DNA from: a virus
Reading direction: 5' to 3' (one strand)
Virus record (IMG/VR): IMGVR_UViG_3300028908_000005
Coordinates: 1-64,000 of that record
DNA length: 64,000 nt
The notes under the pieces were generated by a model that saw nothing but the letters and a program-made list of their open reading frames with translations, was not told the origin of the DNA and made no database searches. Of this stretch, positions 28,629-36,373 are shown piece after piece. A program made the position numbers and the translations under genes. Numbering within the stretch: the first letter of the stretch is position 1; each line of letters begins with the position of its first letter.

Positions 28629-30752
28629 TTACACTTCCGAATAAACTACGTTGTCGAACAAGTAAGATAATCGCGGATCGTGCGTTACGAACAACAATTG
28701 CAACCCGTTAGTCGACGCAAGTTTCCGCAGCTGTTTCAACGCATCGGGCAAGCGGGCTAAGTGCTGCTCGTCCAAATACGCCTGCGCCTCGTCGAGCACC
28801 AAAACATCACTGCCAATAAACAGTGTATTCAATGCAATGCGCAACGCAAAAGCCAAAACGACGCGCTGCCCAACGGACAACCGCCGATCCGGTATCCGAC
28901 GCCCATCAGCGAACAAAGCCGTGAAGCCTAAATCTTCAGTCGGCTCAACGCGGAACGGCGCATCGAAAATCTCCAAAGTCTCGTTGATATCTCCCAATAA
29001 CCGTTCCATGTAGGTGTACGTCACAACCCGCTGCAACTCGTCGCGGTGGAAAATGCGTCGCAACTTCGTCATATGCTCCAAAGCTGCTTTAACACGCTCA
29101 CGTTTCGCGATTTGCGCGTCAGCACGTTGCAACACACCTTCCATAACACCGAGCTGCCGCCTCAAATCGGTTAAACTGTCAGTCAAAACGCGGATATTCG
29201 CTTCGATCTCGCTCTGGTCTCGTAACTGCGATTCCATCGCCTCCACGTCGTCACTGACTTCGATCGCATAGGCTTCGGCCAGCTTGCGGCTCGCCATTTC
29301 CTCTTCGTCTTTGATATTCGCTCGCGTCGACTCGTACTCGGTCTTCACTTTCGTCTGCGCCACCAACGTCTCGGAAACACGCAAACCAGCTCGCTGCAAT
29401 TGCTCACGACCGCGCCGCAGCTTGTTCAACTCTTCCTCGTCAGGCGGATCGCCCAACTTCGCCACAGCCTCGTCCAGCCGCTCCTGCAAGCGCCGCAACC
29501 GTTGCAAGCTTTCGTTGTATGACTTGAGCCGCTGCTCATAGTCGTGATACTGCTCGTACCTGGCCTTAACGTCGGCAGCCGCAGCTTCCAACTGCGCAAT
29601 CTCTTGCTGCAAAGACGCCGATAGCGTTTGCTTGTCGACCGGCTGCCCGCATGTCGGGCAGTTCGCTTCATCGACTTGCTGCAGCTTGGCCAATCTGGCA
29701 CGCGCATGTTCCAGCTGCGACGTCAACGAAGCGAACTCGCCGTACAATTCGCGCACTCTGTCGGGTGAATAGTCCACAATCTCGGTCGTCGGCTCGCTTA
29801 TGGTCGACGCCAACGTAATGACCGCCTGCTCCAACGACGCAACTTCATTCGCCCGCTCAGTGTAAAGCTGGGCCGCCGCGTTGAGCTCGGATAAACGCTC
29901 TTCGACATCGCCGTACTCTGCCAACAATTGATCGAACGCACGTTTAGCTTCGTCGTGCTCGGCGACAGCTTCGGCTAACGCTACAGCCAACTCGCCAAAC
30001 CGCTCCGTCTTGGGCAATACCGCGTCAATACGTCGCTGCGCCTCGGCATACAATTGCTGCTGGCGGTCGCGCGCAGCAATCTGCCTACGGTACTCAGCCA
30101 CCGTCTCGGGCGATAAACGGACGGCTTCGAGTCGAGACAATTCGGCCTCGTACTTATCGCGCTTCGCAAACATCTCGGCCAACGTCGACCTGACTTGCTC
30201 GATATCGTCAGGATACGGCGGAATCTCGACACGACTCGTTGCCGTCATAATTGCCTGCCAGATCCGCTCCGCCGTGTCCGTCCCAAAGAGCCGCGCCAGC
30301 TCCTTGGCGCGATCAGCCGGGCGCAGCTCCAACCACGCTGTAATCTGCTGCTGGCGCACGAAAATGTGCTCCTGCAGATAGCGCCGCGAAATGCCCAACC
30401 GCCTTTCGATCTCTTCGTTGACCTCGACGATCGTACGCCCGTAACGCTCGCCGTTGACCGTCAGTAACACTTTGTTCGGCCGCAAACCGCGATAGACCTC
30501 AATCGTGTCGCCGCGATGCTCCAGCGTTAATCGCACATACGCTCGGCTGCCTTCGGGTGCTCCTTGGCGTATGTCGTCGGCCTTCGTACCAGTGCCGCCA
30601 GCATCCCCGGTCAATGCGTAAAGCATCGCCCGAATCATGTTCGATTTGCCGGAGCCGTTCGGGCCGGCAATCAAGTTGAAATGCGGACTGAACTCGACCG
30701 TACGGTCGTCATACTGGCAAAAGTTCACCAGTTCAAGTTTCTGAAGTTTCAC
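28629..30752 (-). CDS. sbcC: SbcC/Rad50-like SMC ATPase
   Basis: Likely GTG start (MKLQKLELVNF); GPNGSGKS, coiled coil, CPTC zinc hook, LSVGQ, LDE..LD, VTH. Confidence 0.92.
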   Translation of the reverse strand: MKLQKLELVNFCQYDDRTVEFSPHFNLIAGPNGSGKSNMIRAMLYALTGDAGGTGTKADDIRQGAPEGSRAYVRLTLEHRGDTIEVYRGLRPNKVLLTVNGERYGRTIVEVNEEIERRLGISRRYLQEHIFVRQQQITAWLELRPADRAKELARLFGTDTAERIWQAIMTATSRVEIPPYPDDIEQVRSTLAEMFAKRDKYEAELSRLEAVRLSPETVAEYRRQIAARDRQQQLYAEAQRRIDAVLPKTERFGELAVALAEAVAEHDEAKRAFDQLLAEYGDVEERLSELNAAAQLYTERANEVASLEQAVITLASTISEPTTEIVDYSPDRVRELYGEFASLTSQLEHARARLAKLQQVDEANCPTCGQPVDKQTLSASLQQEIAQLEAAAADVKARYEQYHDYEQRLKSYNESLQRLRRLQERLDEAVAKLGDPPDEEELNKLRRGREQLQRAGLRVSETLVAQTKVKTEYESTRANIKDEEEMASRKLAEAYAIEVSDDVEAMESQLRDQSEIEANIRVLTDSLTDLRRQLGVMEGVLQRADAQIAKRERVKAALEHMTKLRRIFHRDELQRVVTYTYMERLLGDINETLEIFDAPFRVEPTEDLGFTALFADGRRIPDRRLSVGQRVVLAFALRIALNTLFIGSDVLVLDEAQAYLDEQHLARLPDALKQLRKLASTNGLQLLFVTHDPRLSYLFDNVVYSEV

Positions 30753-31854
30753 CAACGAGCTCCTCGAAAATAGCCTTCGCTTCGGTAACAGGATCAGCCG
30801 CACGGACCAACCTGACAGCATTCTGGTAAACCGCTTCGTCGTCCCGATAAAGCTCGGCAAGCCCGCGCAACAGCGCTTCTTTACCGCCGCCGGCGACGAT
30901 GTGATCGCGCTTATCCTTCGGAATGGCAACTGCAGGGCCCTGCTCCGGCGGCGACACGCTGATAAACAAATGCACCGAATCGCCCGCCCGCCGCCGAATG
31001 AGTTCGACTGCGTCAGGAATATCCGCACGCACCTGAACCCAAACGATGTTCTTCTCGATCTCCGGCGGTACGTGCGGCTGCGGCTGCGACACTTGCGACT
31101 CGTCCCAACGAGCCAACAAGCTGTCCAAGTCGGCTTCGCTGTTGACGTACCACATGAAACACTGCCGCTCCAATAGCCGCCGAGGCTCCACATGCAAGTC
31201 GTCGTACAGAAGATAAACCCGCTTCGGTGCGTTCTCGTTGATCTTCTGCCGACACAACGGACCAGGCGACACGAAAGGCAAGCATTTGCTGCCAAACTCG
31301 CGATACATCCCGCAGTGGAAATCGCCGGATACGATCAAACGATGCTCCTGGCAAGCATCCAACCAGACGTCGCCCAAGACATCGCCCATCAGATCCTTCC
31401 AAACCTGATGCGTGACGAATACGTCAGCCGCCGCAACCTTCCCGACAGCCTCGACGACTTCGCTCGGATGCTGATAATCCAAACCGGCAAACGCCAGATT
31501 GCCGACCTCGATCGGCGTATCGGTAAGATGCGTTGCCGCATGCGAAAGTGTCGAAATAATCGGCGGTTGCGAAAGTTCGTGCTGGCCTTGGACGTACAAC
31601 ACGCGACAGCTCGCCGCATCAGCCGCTGACAAGAATCGCTGCATCGTCGCCAAAGCAGTCGATCGTTGCAACTTTTCGTTGAATATGTCGCCGGCAAGCA
31701 CCACGGCTCGCGGGGACAGCTGTTCCACGATATTCGCTACTTGACGGATGCCGTAGTCGATATCGCCAACCAAATCGGGGTGGTCAGCCCAAATGTACGG
31801 CATGCGGCGGATATGCCAGTCAGCCGTCAAAACTGCGATAAGCTCGTGTGACAC
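30733..31854 (-). CDS. sbcD: SbcD/Mre11-like metallophosphoesterase nuclease
   Basis: ADWH, AGDIF, GQHE, THQ, SGDFH; adjacent to SbcC. Confidence 0.88.
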   Translation of the reverse strand: MSHELIAVLTADWHIRRMPYIWADHPDLVGDIDYGIRQVANIVEQLSPRAVVLAGDIFNEKLQRSTALATMQRFLSAADAASCRVLYVQGQHELSQPPIISTLSHAATHLTDTPIEVGNLAFAGLDYQHPSEVVEAVGKVAAADVFVTHQVWKDLMGDVLGDVWLDACQEHRLIVSGDFHCGMYREFGSKCLPFVSPGPLCRQKINENAPKRVYLLYDDLHVEPRRLLERQCFMWYVNSEADLDSLLARWDESQVSQPQPHVPPEIEKNIVWVQVRADIPDAVELIRRRAGDSVHLFISVSPPEQGPAVAIPKDKRDHIVAGGGKEALLRGLAELYRDDEAVYQNAVRLVRAADPVTEAKAIFEELVGETSET

Positions 31855-32222
31855 TAAATATCCCTCCGTTCAAGAAGCTTGTTGAACTGATCGACCGTCA
31901 ACGGCGGCGCGTCCAGTTGCCGATGACTGTAAAGTTGCACGCCAAAGTTATAAACTGCGTCCTTTTCGGCTTGAGTCGAAATACCCATGCTTTCATAAAG
32001 ACCAGGCGGTACCGCCAGCCGGTGCGTACCGTCACGAACCTGCGACACCAGCGACTCTTTGAAATCGAGCCATAGCTCGTTGAGCTGCCGCCCATGTCGC
32101 ATAGCCAACGAAAACTGCAACGTGCCGGCCTCAGCGCCGTACCAGGCAACCGCATCGGCAGCAGCTGCAAGTTCGCGCTGCAGTGTCTCACGGTAAAGCG
32201 ATGCAAACAGTCTCGCACTCAT
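31854..32222 (-). CDS. hypothetical protein
   Basis: Likely start MSARLF; tiles the operon. Confidence 0.6.
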   Translation of the reverse strand: MSARLFASLYRETLQRELAAAADAVAWYGAEAGTLQFSLAMRHGRQLNELWLDFKESLVSQVRDGTHRLAVPPGLYESMGISTQAEKDAVYNFGVQLYSHRQLDAPPLTVDQFNKLLERRDI

Positions 32223-33586
32223 AGATCGATCTCCTTTATGCGAGCAACAAGTTCCGTTGTACTGCACGATACGGGCGGCTTCGGCGCTATACTGCAGAAA
32301 TCGCCGCCGCAGGCCGCCACCGTGCTCCCTTCCGGTATCCCCGTCGGCGTATACCCCGGCCCTTTGAAGTACAGCCGCGGCTTGAGTTGCCGCAATATCT
32401 GCTGCGCAGTACGGCTGCTAAACGACGTCACCGCCGCCACGCTCTCCAACGCCGCTAACGAGAACATCCGCTGCTGGAGCGGAATGATCGGTCGCGAATA
32501 ACCCTTGTTCTCCCGCGCTGACGCATCGTCGTTCACCAACACGAACGCCGGTGACATATAGCGATTTCTCGCCTCTGTCAACAAGGCGATATGCCCCACA
32601 TGCATCAAGTCGAAAACGCCGTTGGTCGTCGGAAACACCTTGGCCAGCTGCGGCCCGAACGTCAGCGACAATTTCGGGGACAGAATCTTGCGCTGGATAT
32701 CGCCAGCAATGTACTCGCCCCAGGCATCGAATAGCGATATCGGACACGGACCCACGTTGTCACAAGCTGCCGTCGCTGCAGCCGACGCGAACTCCAAGGC
32801 GGTCTTTGGCTCTAGTCCAAACAACTCAGCCATCACGTACGACGCTGTCAGCACGTCGCCGGCACCGACGGAATCGCATACCTGCCGTTGCCTGGTCAGC
32901 ACGCTCTGCCCGTCGGAAGTAATCGCGCCGCGCGGACTCGTGATGATCAGCCGCTCCGTATTGAGCTGGTAGGCCAAAGTCTCCGTATCCTCAACACCCA
33001 ACCGCAGTTGCATCACCGCCGCTTCGTCGCTATTCGGGAATATCGCCGTCGAGGGCGGATAGCGATGGAAATCGCCTTTGCTGTGCGGATCGATGTAGAT
33101 TGGCGTCGTCACACCGCGAAATGCCACCGCTGCCGCCCCTACGGCGTCACCGCCGTAATCGGCCAGCACGATTGCGTCGTAAGCGTACGCGCCCAGCAAA
33201 TACTCCACCTCATGCCGCAACTCACCTAACGCCGTCGCCGGCAACGCGTGATACTCCCGCGGCGTTATGTCGTGGCGAGCCAGCAAAGCGCCGTCGCGAG
33301 AATAGTATCGCCGGCGGATACGAGGTGGCCGCCGATGCGATATCGCAACGCTCACACCTTCGCCCGGTGCGTACTTGAGTCGCTCGAAGCAAACCAAGTC
33401 GACGTCGGCGCCGTACTTGCCGAGCTGCCGCGCAATCAGCGCCGCACCGCCATATCGGACATCATTCGGGGTCGTCGATATCTGATACACGGGGATCGGT
33501 GTCGTCTGGTCGACTCGGTCGCACTTGATATCGTACCGCTCGTCCGCAACGACATCACCGACCACCAGAATCTTGAAGTTCGCCAT
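32219..33586 (-). CDS. hldE: HldE/RfaE-like bifunctional PfkB sugar kinase + nucleotidyltransferase
   Basis: ILVVGDVVAD, GGAA, DYG, PNSDE, DSVGAGD, then TNGVFDLMHVGH, VNDD.S..KG..RP, KG.GY. Confidence 0.88.
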   Translation of the reverse strand: MANFKILVVGDVVADERYDIKCDRVDQTTPIPVYQISTTPNDVRYGGAALIARQLGKYGADVDLVCFERLKYAPGEGVSVAISHRRPPRIRRRYYSRDGALLARHDITPREYHALPATALGELRHEVEYLLGAYAYDAIVLADYGGDAVGAAAVAFRGVTTPIYIDPHSKGDFHRYPPSTAIFPNSDEAAVMQLRLGVEDTETLAYQLNTERLIITSPRGAITSDGQSVLTRQRQVCDSVGAGDVLTASYVMAELFGLEPKTALEFASAAATAACDNVGPCPISLFDAWGEYIAGDIQRKILSPKLSLTFGPQLAKVFPTTNGVFDLMHVGHIALLTEARNRYMSPAFVLVNDDASARENKGYSRPIIPLQQRMFSLAALESVAAVTSFSSRTAQQILRQLKPRLYFKGPGYTPTGIPEGSTVAACGGDFCSIAPKPPVSCSTTELVARIKEIDL

Positions 33587-33956
33587 TCTGCTGCTCCAAC
33601 GAGAATATGAGCCGCCCATCGCCGTCTATCACGACAGGCTCGGAAAGATCGACGTGCGGCCGTACGCACGATGCTAGAAATTTGCCGTCCCGGTGCCACT
33701 GTATGTCCAGCCACGGGCCGTGCCTGGAATCGTACAGATACAAGTACACGCGGTCGCTCGAATTAGGTAACCCGGCAAGCGTAAGCGTATACAGCAGCGA
33801 ATCTTCTGTCGTCGCTCCTGCGGTCAAAGAAAGCAGCGATGCCAGCGAAGCATACAGCTCCGCTGGCACCACGTAAACTGCCGCAATTACCCCAGGCTGC
33901 TGGTGCAGCGCTGCCGGCAAGATCGGTTCATTCGCCATAAGTGCCTTCGACGCCAC
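33555..33956 (-). CDS. hypothetical protein
   Basis: 133-aa ORF tiling the operon. Confidence 0.55.
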   Translation of the reverse strand: MASKALMANEPILPAALHQQPGVIAAVYVVPAELYASLASLLSLTAGATTEDSLLYTLTLAGLPNSSDRVYLYLYDSRHGPWLDIQWHRDGKFLASCVRPHVDLSEPVVIDGDGRLIFSLEQQNGELQDSGGR

Positions 33957-34257
33957 GCGCTTCGCGGTCAGCAGTCCGCGCTGCGAGCGCTGTCAACGCC
34001 TTGCCGATGTAATCCACCGCCAACGCGTTTTCAGGACACGCCAAACGGCTCTCTTGATACAGTTCCAAGCGATCGAGCACCGCTTGCAACACGTCCTCGA
34101 CGCGCGCTCCGTTCGGCTCGTCGCCGTCCTGGACCGGACCGCGCTGCCACGCGATCGTAAAACCGCAACCCCAACTATGCCCGCCTTCGGGCAGCCCATC
34201 CTGCGTAAACCAATGATGTTGACCGCCTGCCGGCCGCTCAGCTACTGCACTTCCCAT
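33928..34257 (-). CDS. tad1: Tad1-family cyclic-nucleotide sponge (anti-Thoeris/anti-CBASS)
   Basis: WQRGP..NGARVEDVLQAVLDRLELYQ..CPENALA..ARTADREARGVEGT matches the Tad1 signature; GGAGG RBS. Confidence 0.8.
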   Translation of the reverse strand: MGSAVAERPAGGQHHWFTQDGLPEGGHSWGCGFTIAWQRGPVQDGDEPNGARVEDVLQAVLDRLELYQESRLACPENALAVDYIGKALTALAARTADREARGVEGTYGE

Positions 34258-34275
34258 AGCAAACCTCCAATAACA

Positions 34276-34289
34276 AGTATCCGGATACT
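34276..34289. promoter_or_regulatory. palindrome AGTATCCGGATACT (copy 2 of 4)
   Basis: Intergenic; core is 20 nt upstream of the tad1 ATG. Confidence 0.55.
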
Positions 34290-34293
34290 GATT

Positions 34294-35229
34294 TCAGCGA
34301 AGCAGCTCACCGTATCGCTGCACACGCCGCGGAATGCTTCGGTAAATAATCGCTAGGATCGCCGCCGCATGCGGCGACATCGCATCTGTAAGCCACGATT
34401 TCGGATACCGCGACATGTTGACCACGCCGAACGCGATCTGAAAATCGCTCTGTGGTATCTGCCGCGCTGGAAATTCCAACGGCGGCTGCCAATCAGCCGG
34501 CGCAAGCATCATGTACGAAAACCTCGTTACGACATGCGCTTGCCGTTCGGCAAAACCATTAACCCGCCGCAACACGACGGTAAACCTGTTAGCGGCGGCC
34601 GGTACGTCTGCTGCCACAAGACGTCGAAATTTTCGCCGCAACGGTTTATAAGTCTCTTTCGCTATTTTGTCAAACTGGACCGTCGGCGCCGGCCCGTAAA
34701 GCTCGATCACATTGCTGCCGTCGGTACTGCCAAGGCTCAATGATCCATGAAACACACGCATATTCGTGCTGTTTTCCCAGACACGACGCATCGCGAAGAA
34801 CAACCTGACCACGGATGCGCCGAAACAAAATGGGCAAATTGGGATGTTACATCGCGGACGGGCGCCACGGTAATAAACACCAACCGGCGGACAGACCATC
34901 GCAAGCCGCATCCTCGGGCTCACCGGCAAACCGGTGCGCTCCATGTCGTACAAACGGCGACGCCACAGTTTCTGCACCTGGAGAATCTTCTCGCAGCAAT
35001 TCTTCTGCGTCATCCGACCAACCAAACGATCGAACACGGCGCGACGAGCAGTCCAGCTTGCCTGGTCATTGAACATCGCTACCGGTTCCCAATTCGGGTT
35101 CCACTGCGGTTTCTCCATCTGATCTTCTCCGTAGTTTGCCGCCTGAGCTCCGTACGCGGCGGCTGAGACGCTGTAACGGTACTTGAGGTGTTCTGAGTCA
35201 TTCGGCGGCTCGAGGCTCTCAGAAGCCAA
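34294..35229 (-). CDS. Rep_1-like (rolling-circle HUH initiator-derived) protein lacking the HUH histidines
   Basis: C..RCNIPICPFC zinc motif, SRYPK, RRVQRYGELL; start uncertain (possibly 35118). Confidence 0.45.
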   Translation of the reverse strand: MASESLEPPNDSEHLKYRYSVSAAAYGAQAANYGEDQMEKPQWNPNWEPVAMFNDQASWTARRAVFDRLVGRMTQKNCCEKILQVQKLWRRRLYDMERTGLPVSPRMRLAMVCPPVGVYYRGARPRCNIPICPFCFGASVVRLFFAMRRVWENSTNMRVFHGSLSLGSTDGSNVIELYGPAPTVQFDKIAKETYKPLRRKFRRLVAADVPAAANRFTVVLRRVNGFAERQAHVVTRFSYMMLAPADWQPPLEFPARQIPQSDFQIAFGVVNMSRYPKSWLTDAMSPHAAAILAIIYRSIPRRVQRYGELLR

Positions 35230-35366
35230 ATATGAGCTTCAATAAACACCACCCAAAAGTATTACGGTTTAGTGGTCCTTCGCATTGGTGTCATAGACAT
35301 CTGTACACTATGGCGGAACTGTCAAAATCGGCGAGTGGAATTGGCTGTAGTCCAGCATCTGTAGGC

Positions 35367-35453
35367 TAGAGCACCCGCGTGCAAAGTAAAAGCACGCGGG
35401 TGTGCTCTATCCTGGATTACTTAGTAACTTTTACTTTGTTACTAAGTAACCAG
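35367..35453. other. twin hairpins with reverse-complementary 9-nt loops; candidate origin or structured RNA
   Basis: CACCCGCGTGC-AAAGTAAAA-GCACGCGGGTG (35372-35402) and TTACTTAGTAAC-TTTTACTTT-GTTACTAAGTAA (35417-35449), in an AT-rich non-coding region. Confidence 0.6.
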
Positions 35454-35831
35454 CAGGTTACAGAAACCGCATGTGTTAATTTTTTACCTTGTTTTATAGG
35501 CTAAAGTCCACTTTAGAGGCCAATTTCGCCAATTTGTTGTCACAGCAAATTTTGATTTTACACAATAAAAACATACCACCTCTGGGGTTTGAAACGACTA
35601 GCTGCGGAATTTTCCAATCGGGTGGTTTTTACCACCTTTGGATTGAGATTATGTTTCAATAGTCTCTCTCCCTGCCGCCGCCGAACTAAACGTATGACCT
35701 CAAAGGTTGTAGAAAACTCTGTCATTTTGACACACAATCTAGTAGACCTTGGTTGTGTGCTAACAATTTGTCACACTTCTGCCGCCGAAATGCTTGCATT
35801 TGTGCGACCAAAAAAAGAATTATTTGAGCGC

Positions 35832-35863
35832 AAAAACAACGGCCTGAGTCGTAGCTCAGGCCG
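35832..35863 (-). terminator. intrinsic terminator
   Basis: CGGCCTGAG-N6-CTCAGGCCG then TTGTTTTT on the minus strand, downstream of the 35884 stop. Confidence 0.7.
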
Positions 35864-35871
35864 CCGTTTCG

Positions 35872-35883
35872 GTATCCGGATAC
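35872..35883. promoter_or_regulatory. palindrome GTATCCGGATAC (copy 3 of 4)
   Basis: Sits immediately after a stop codon and before the terminator. Confidence 0.45.
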
Positions 35884-36303
35884 TTATTTCTTGGACTTCT
35901 TGCAGGAGTCGAGTTCTGGATACTTCGCGCACACTTTTGCTTTCACCTTCGCCGGATCAGAAGCGTACCGCCGATAAGCTAGCGCTGCGATAGCTCTTTT
36001 CTTCGTATCGATCGGGAAACTGCCACTCGGCTCATGTTTCTTACTTGGGAATACTTGTTTTGATTTCGGCAGCTTCTCCCGCCGTTCTTGTGTTATTTCG
36101 GAGTACTTCCGAAACATCTTCTCGTGCTTCGCTTTGAGCTTCCGCAGCTTCTTCCTTTTCGTTTCGGCAAACTCTGTCGCCACCGACGGTTTCACCTTCT
36201 TGGCCAGTTGTTTGACCTTCTTGCTTGGCGCTTCGATTTCGCCTTTCTGTACGGCATGGACCATGCCGAACAGCCGCTGCTGCGCCTTCGATTTAGCGGG
36301 CAT
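35884..36303 (-). CDS. small basic protein (DUF3008-like PAKSKAQQ N-terminus)
   Basis: AGGAGG RBS before MPAKSKAQQRLFG; Lys-rich; C-terminal FPIDTKKRAIAAL. Confidence 0.75.
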   Translation of the reverse strand: MPAKSKAQQRLFGMVHAVQKGEIEAPSKKVKQLAKKVKPSVATEFAETKRKKLRKLKAKHEKMFRKYSEITQERREKLPKSKQVFPSKKHEPSGSFPIDTKKRAIAALAYRRYASDPAKVKAKVCAKYPELDSCKKSKK

Positions 36304-36341
36304 AATGTTTAACCTCCTGATTGGTTTGTTGTCCAATCCGG

Positions 36342-36350
36342 ATTATAACA
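36342..36350 (-). promoter_or_regulatory. extended -10 element TGTTATAAT
   Basis: Minus-strand TGnTATAAT about 40 nt upstream of the 36303 start. Confidence 0.45.
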
Positions 36351-36373
36351 CTCTGCCGACATAGAAGAAAATA

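Noticed and set aside
30753-31295. N-terminal 180 aa of the 888-aa SbcC ORF
   Set aside because: It overlaps sbcD in another frame. The SMC domain begins at the GTG at 30752.
35589-35993. 134-aa plus-strand ORF in the AT-rich region
   Set aside because: TTG start, no motif, and it runs antisense across a terminator and the end of a supported gene. The region is more plausibly regulatory.
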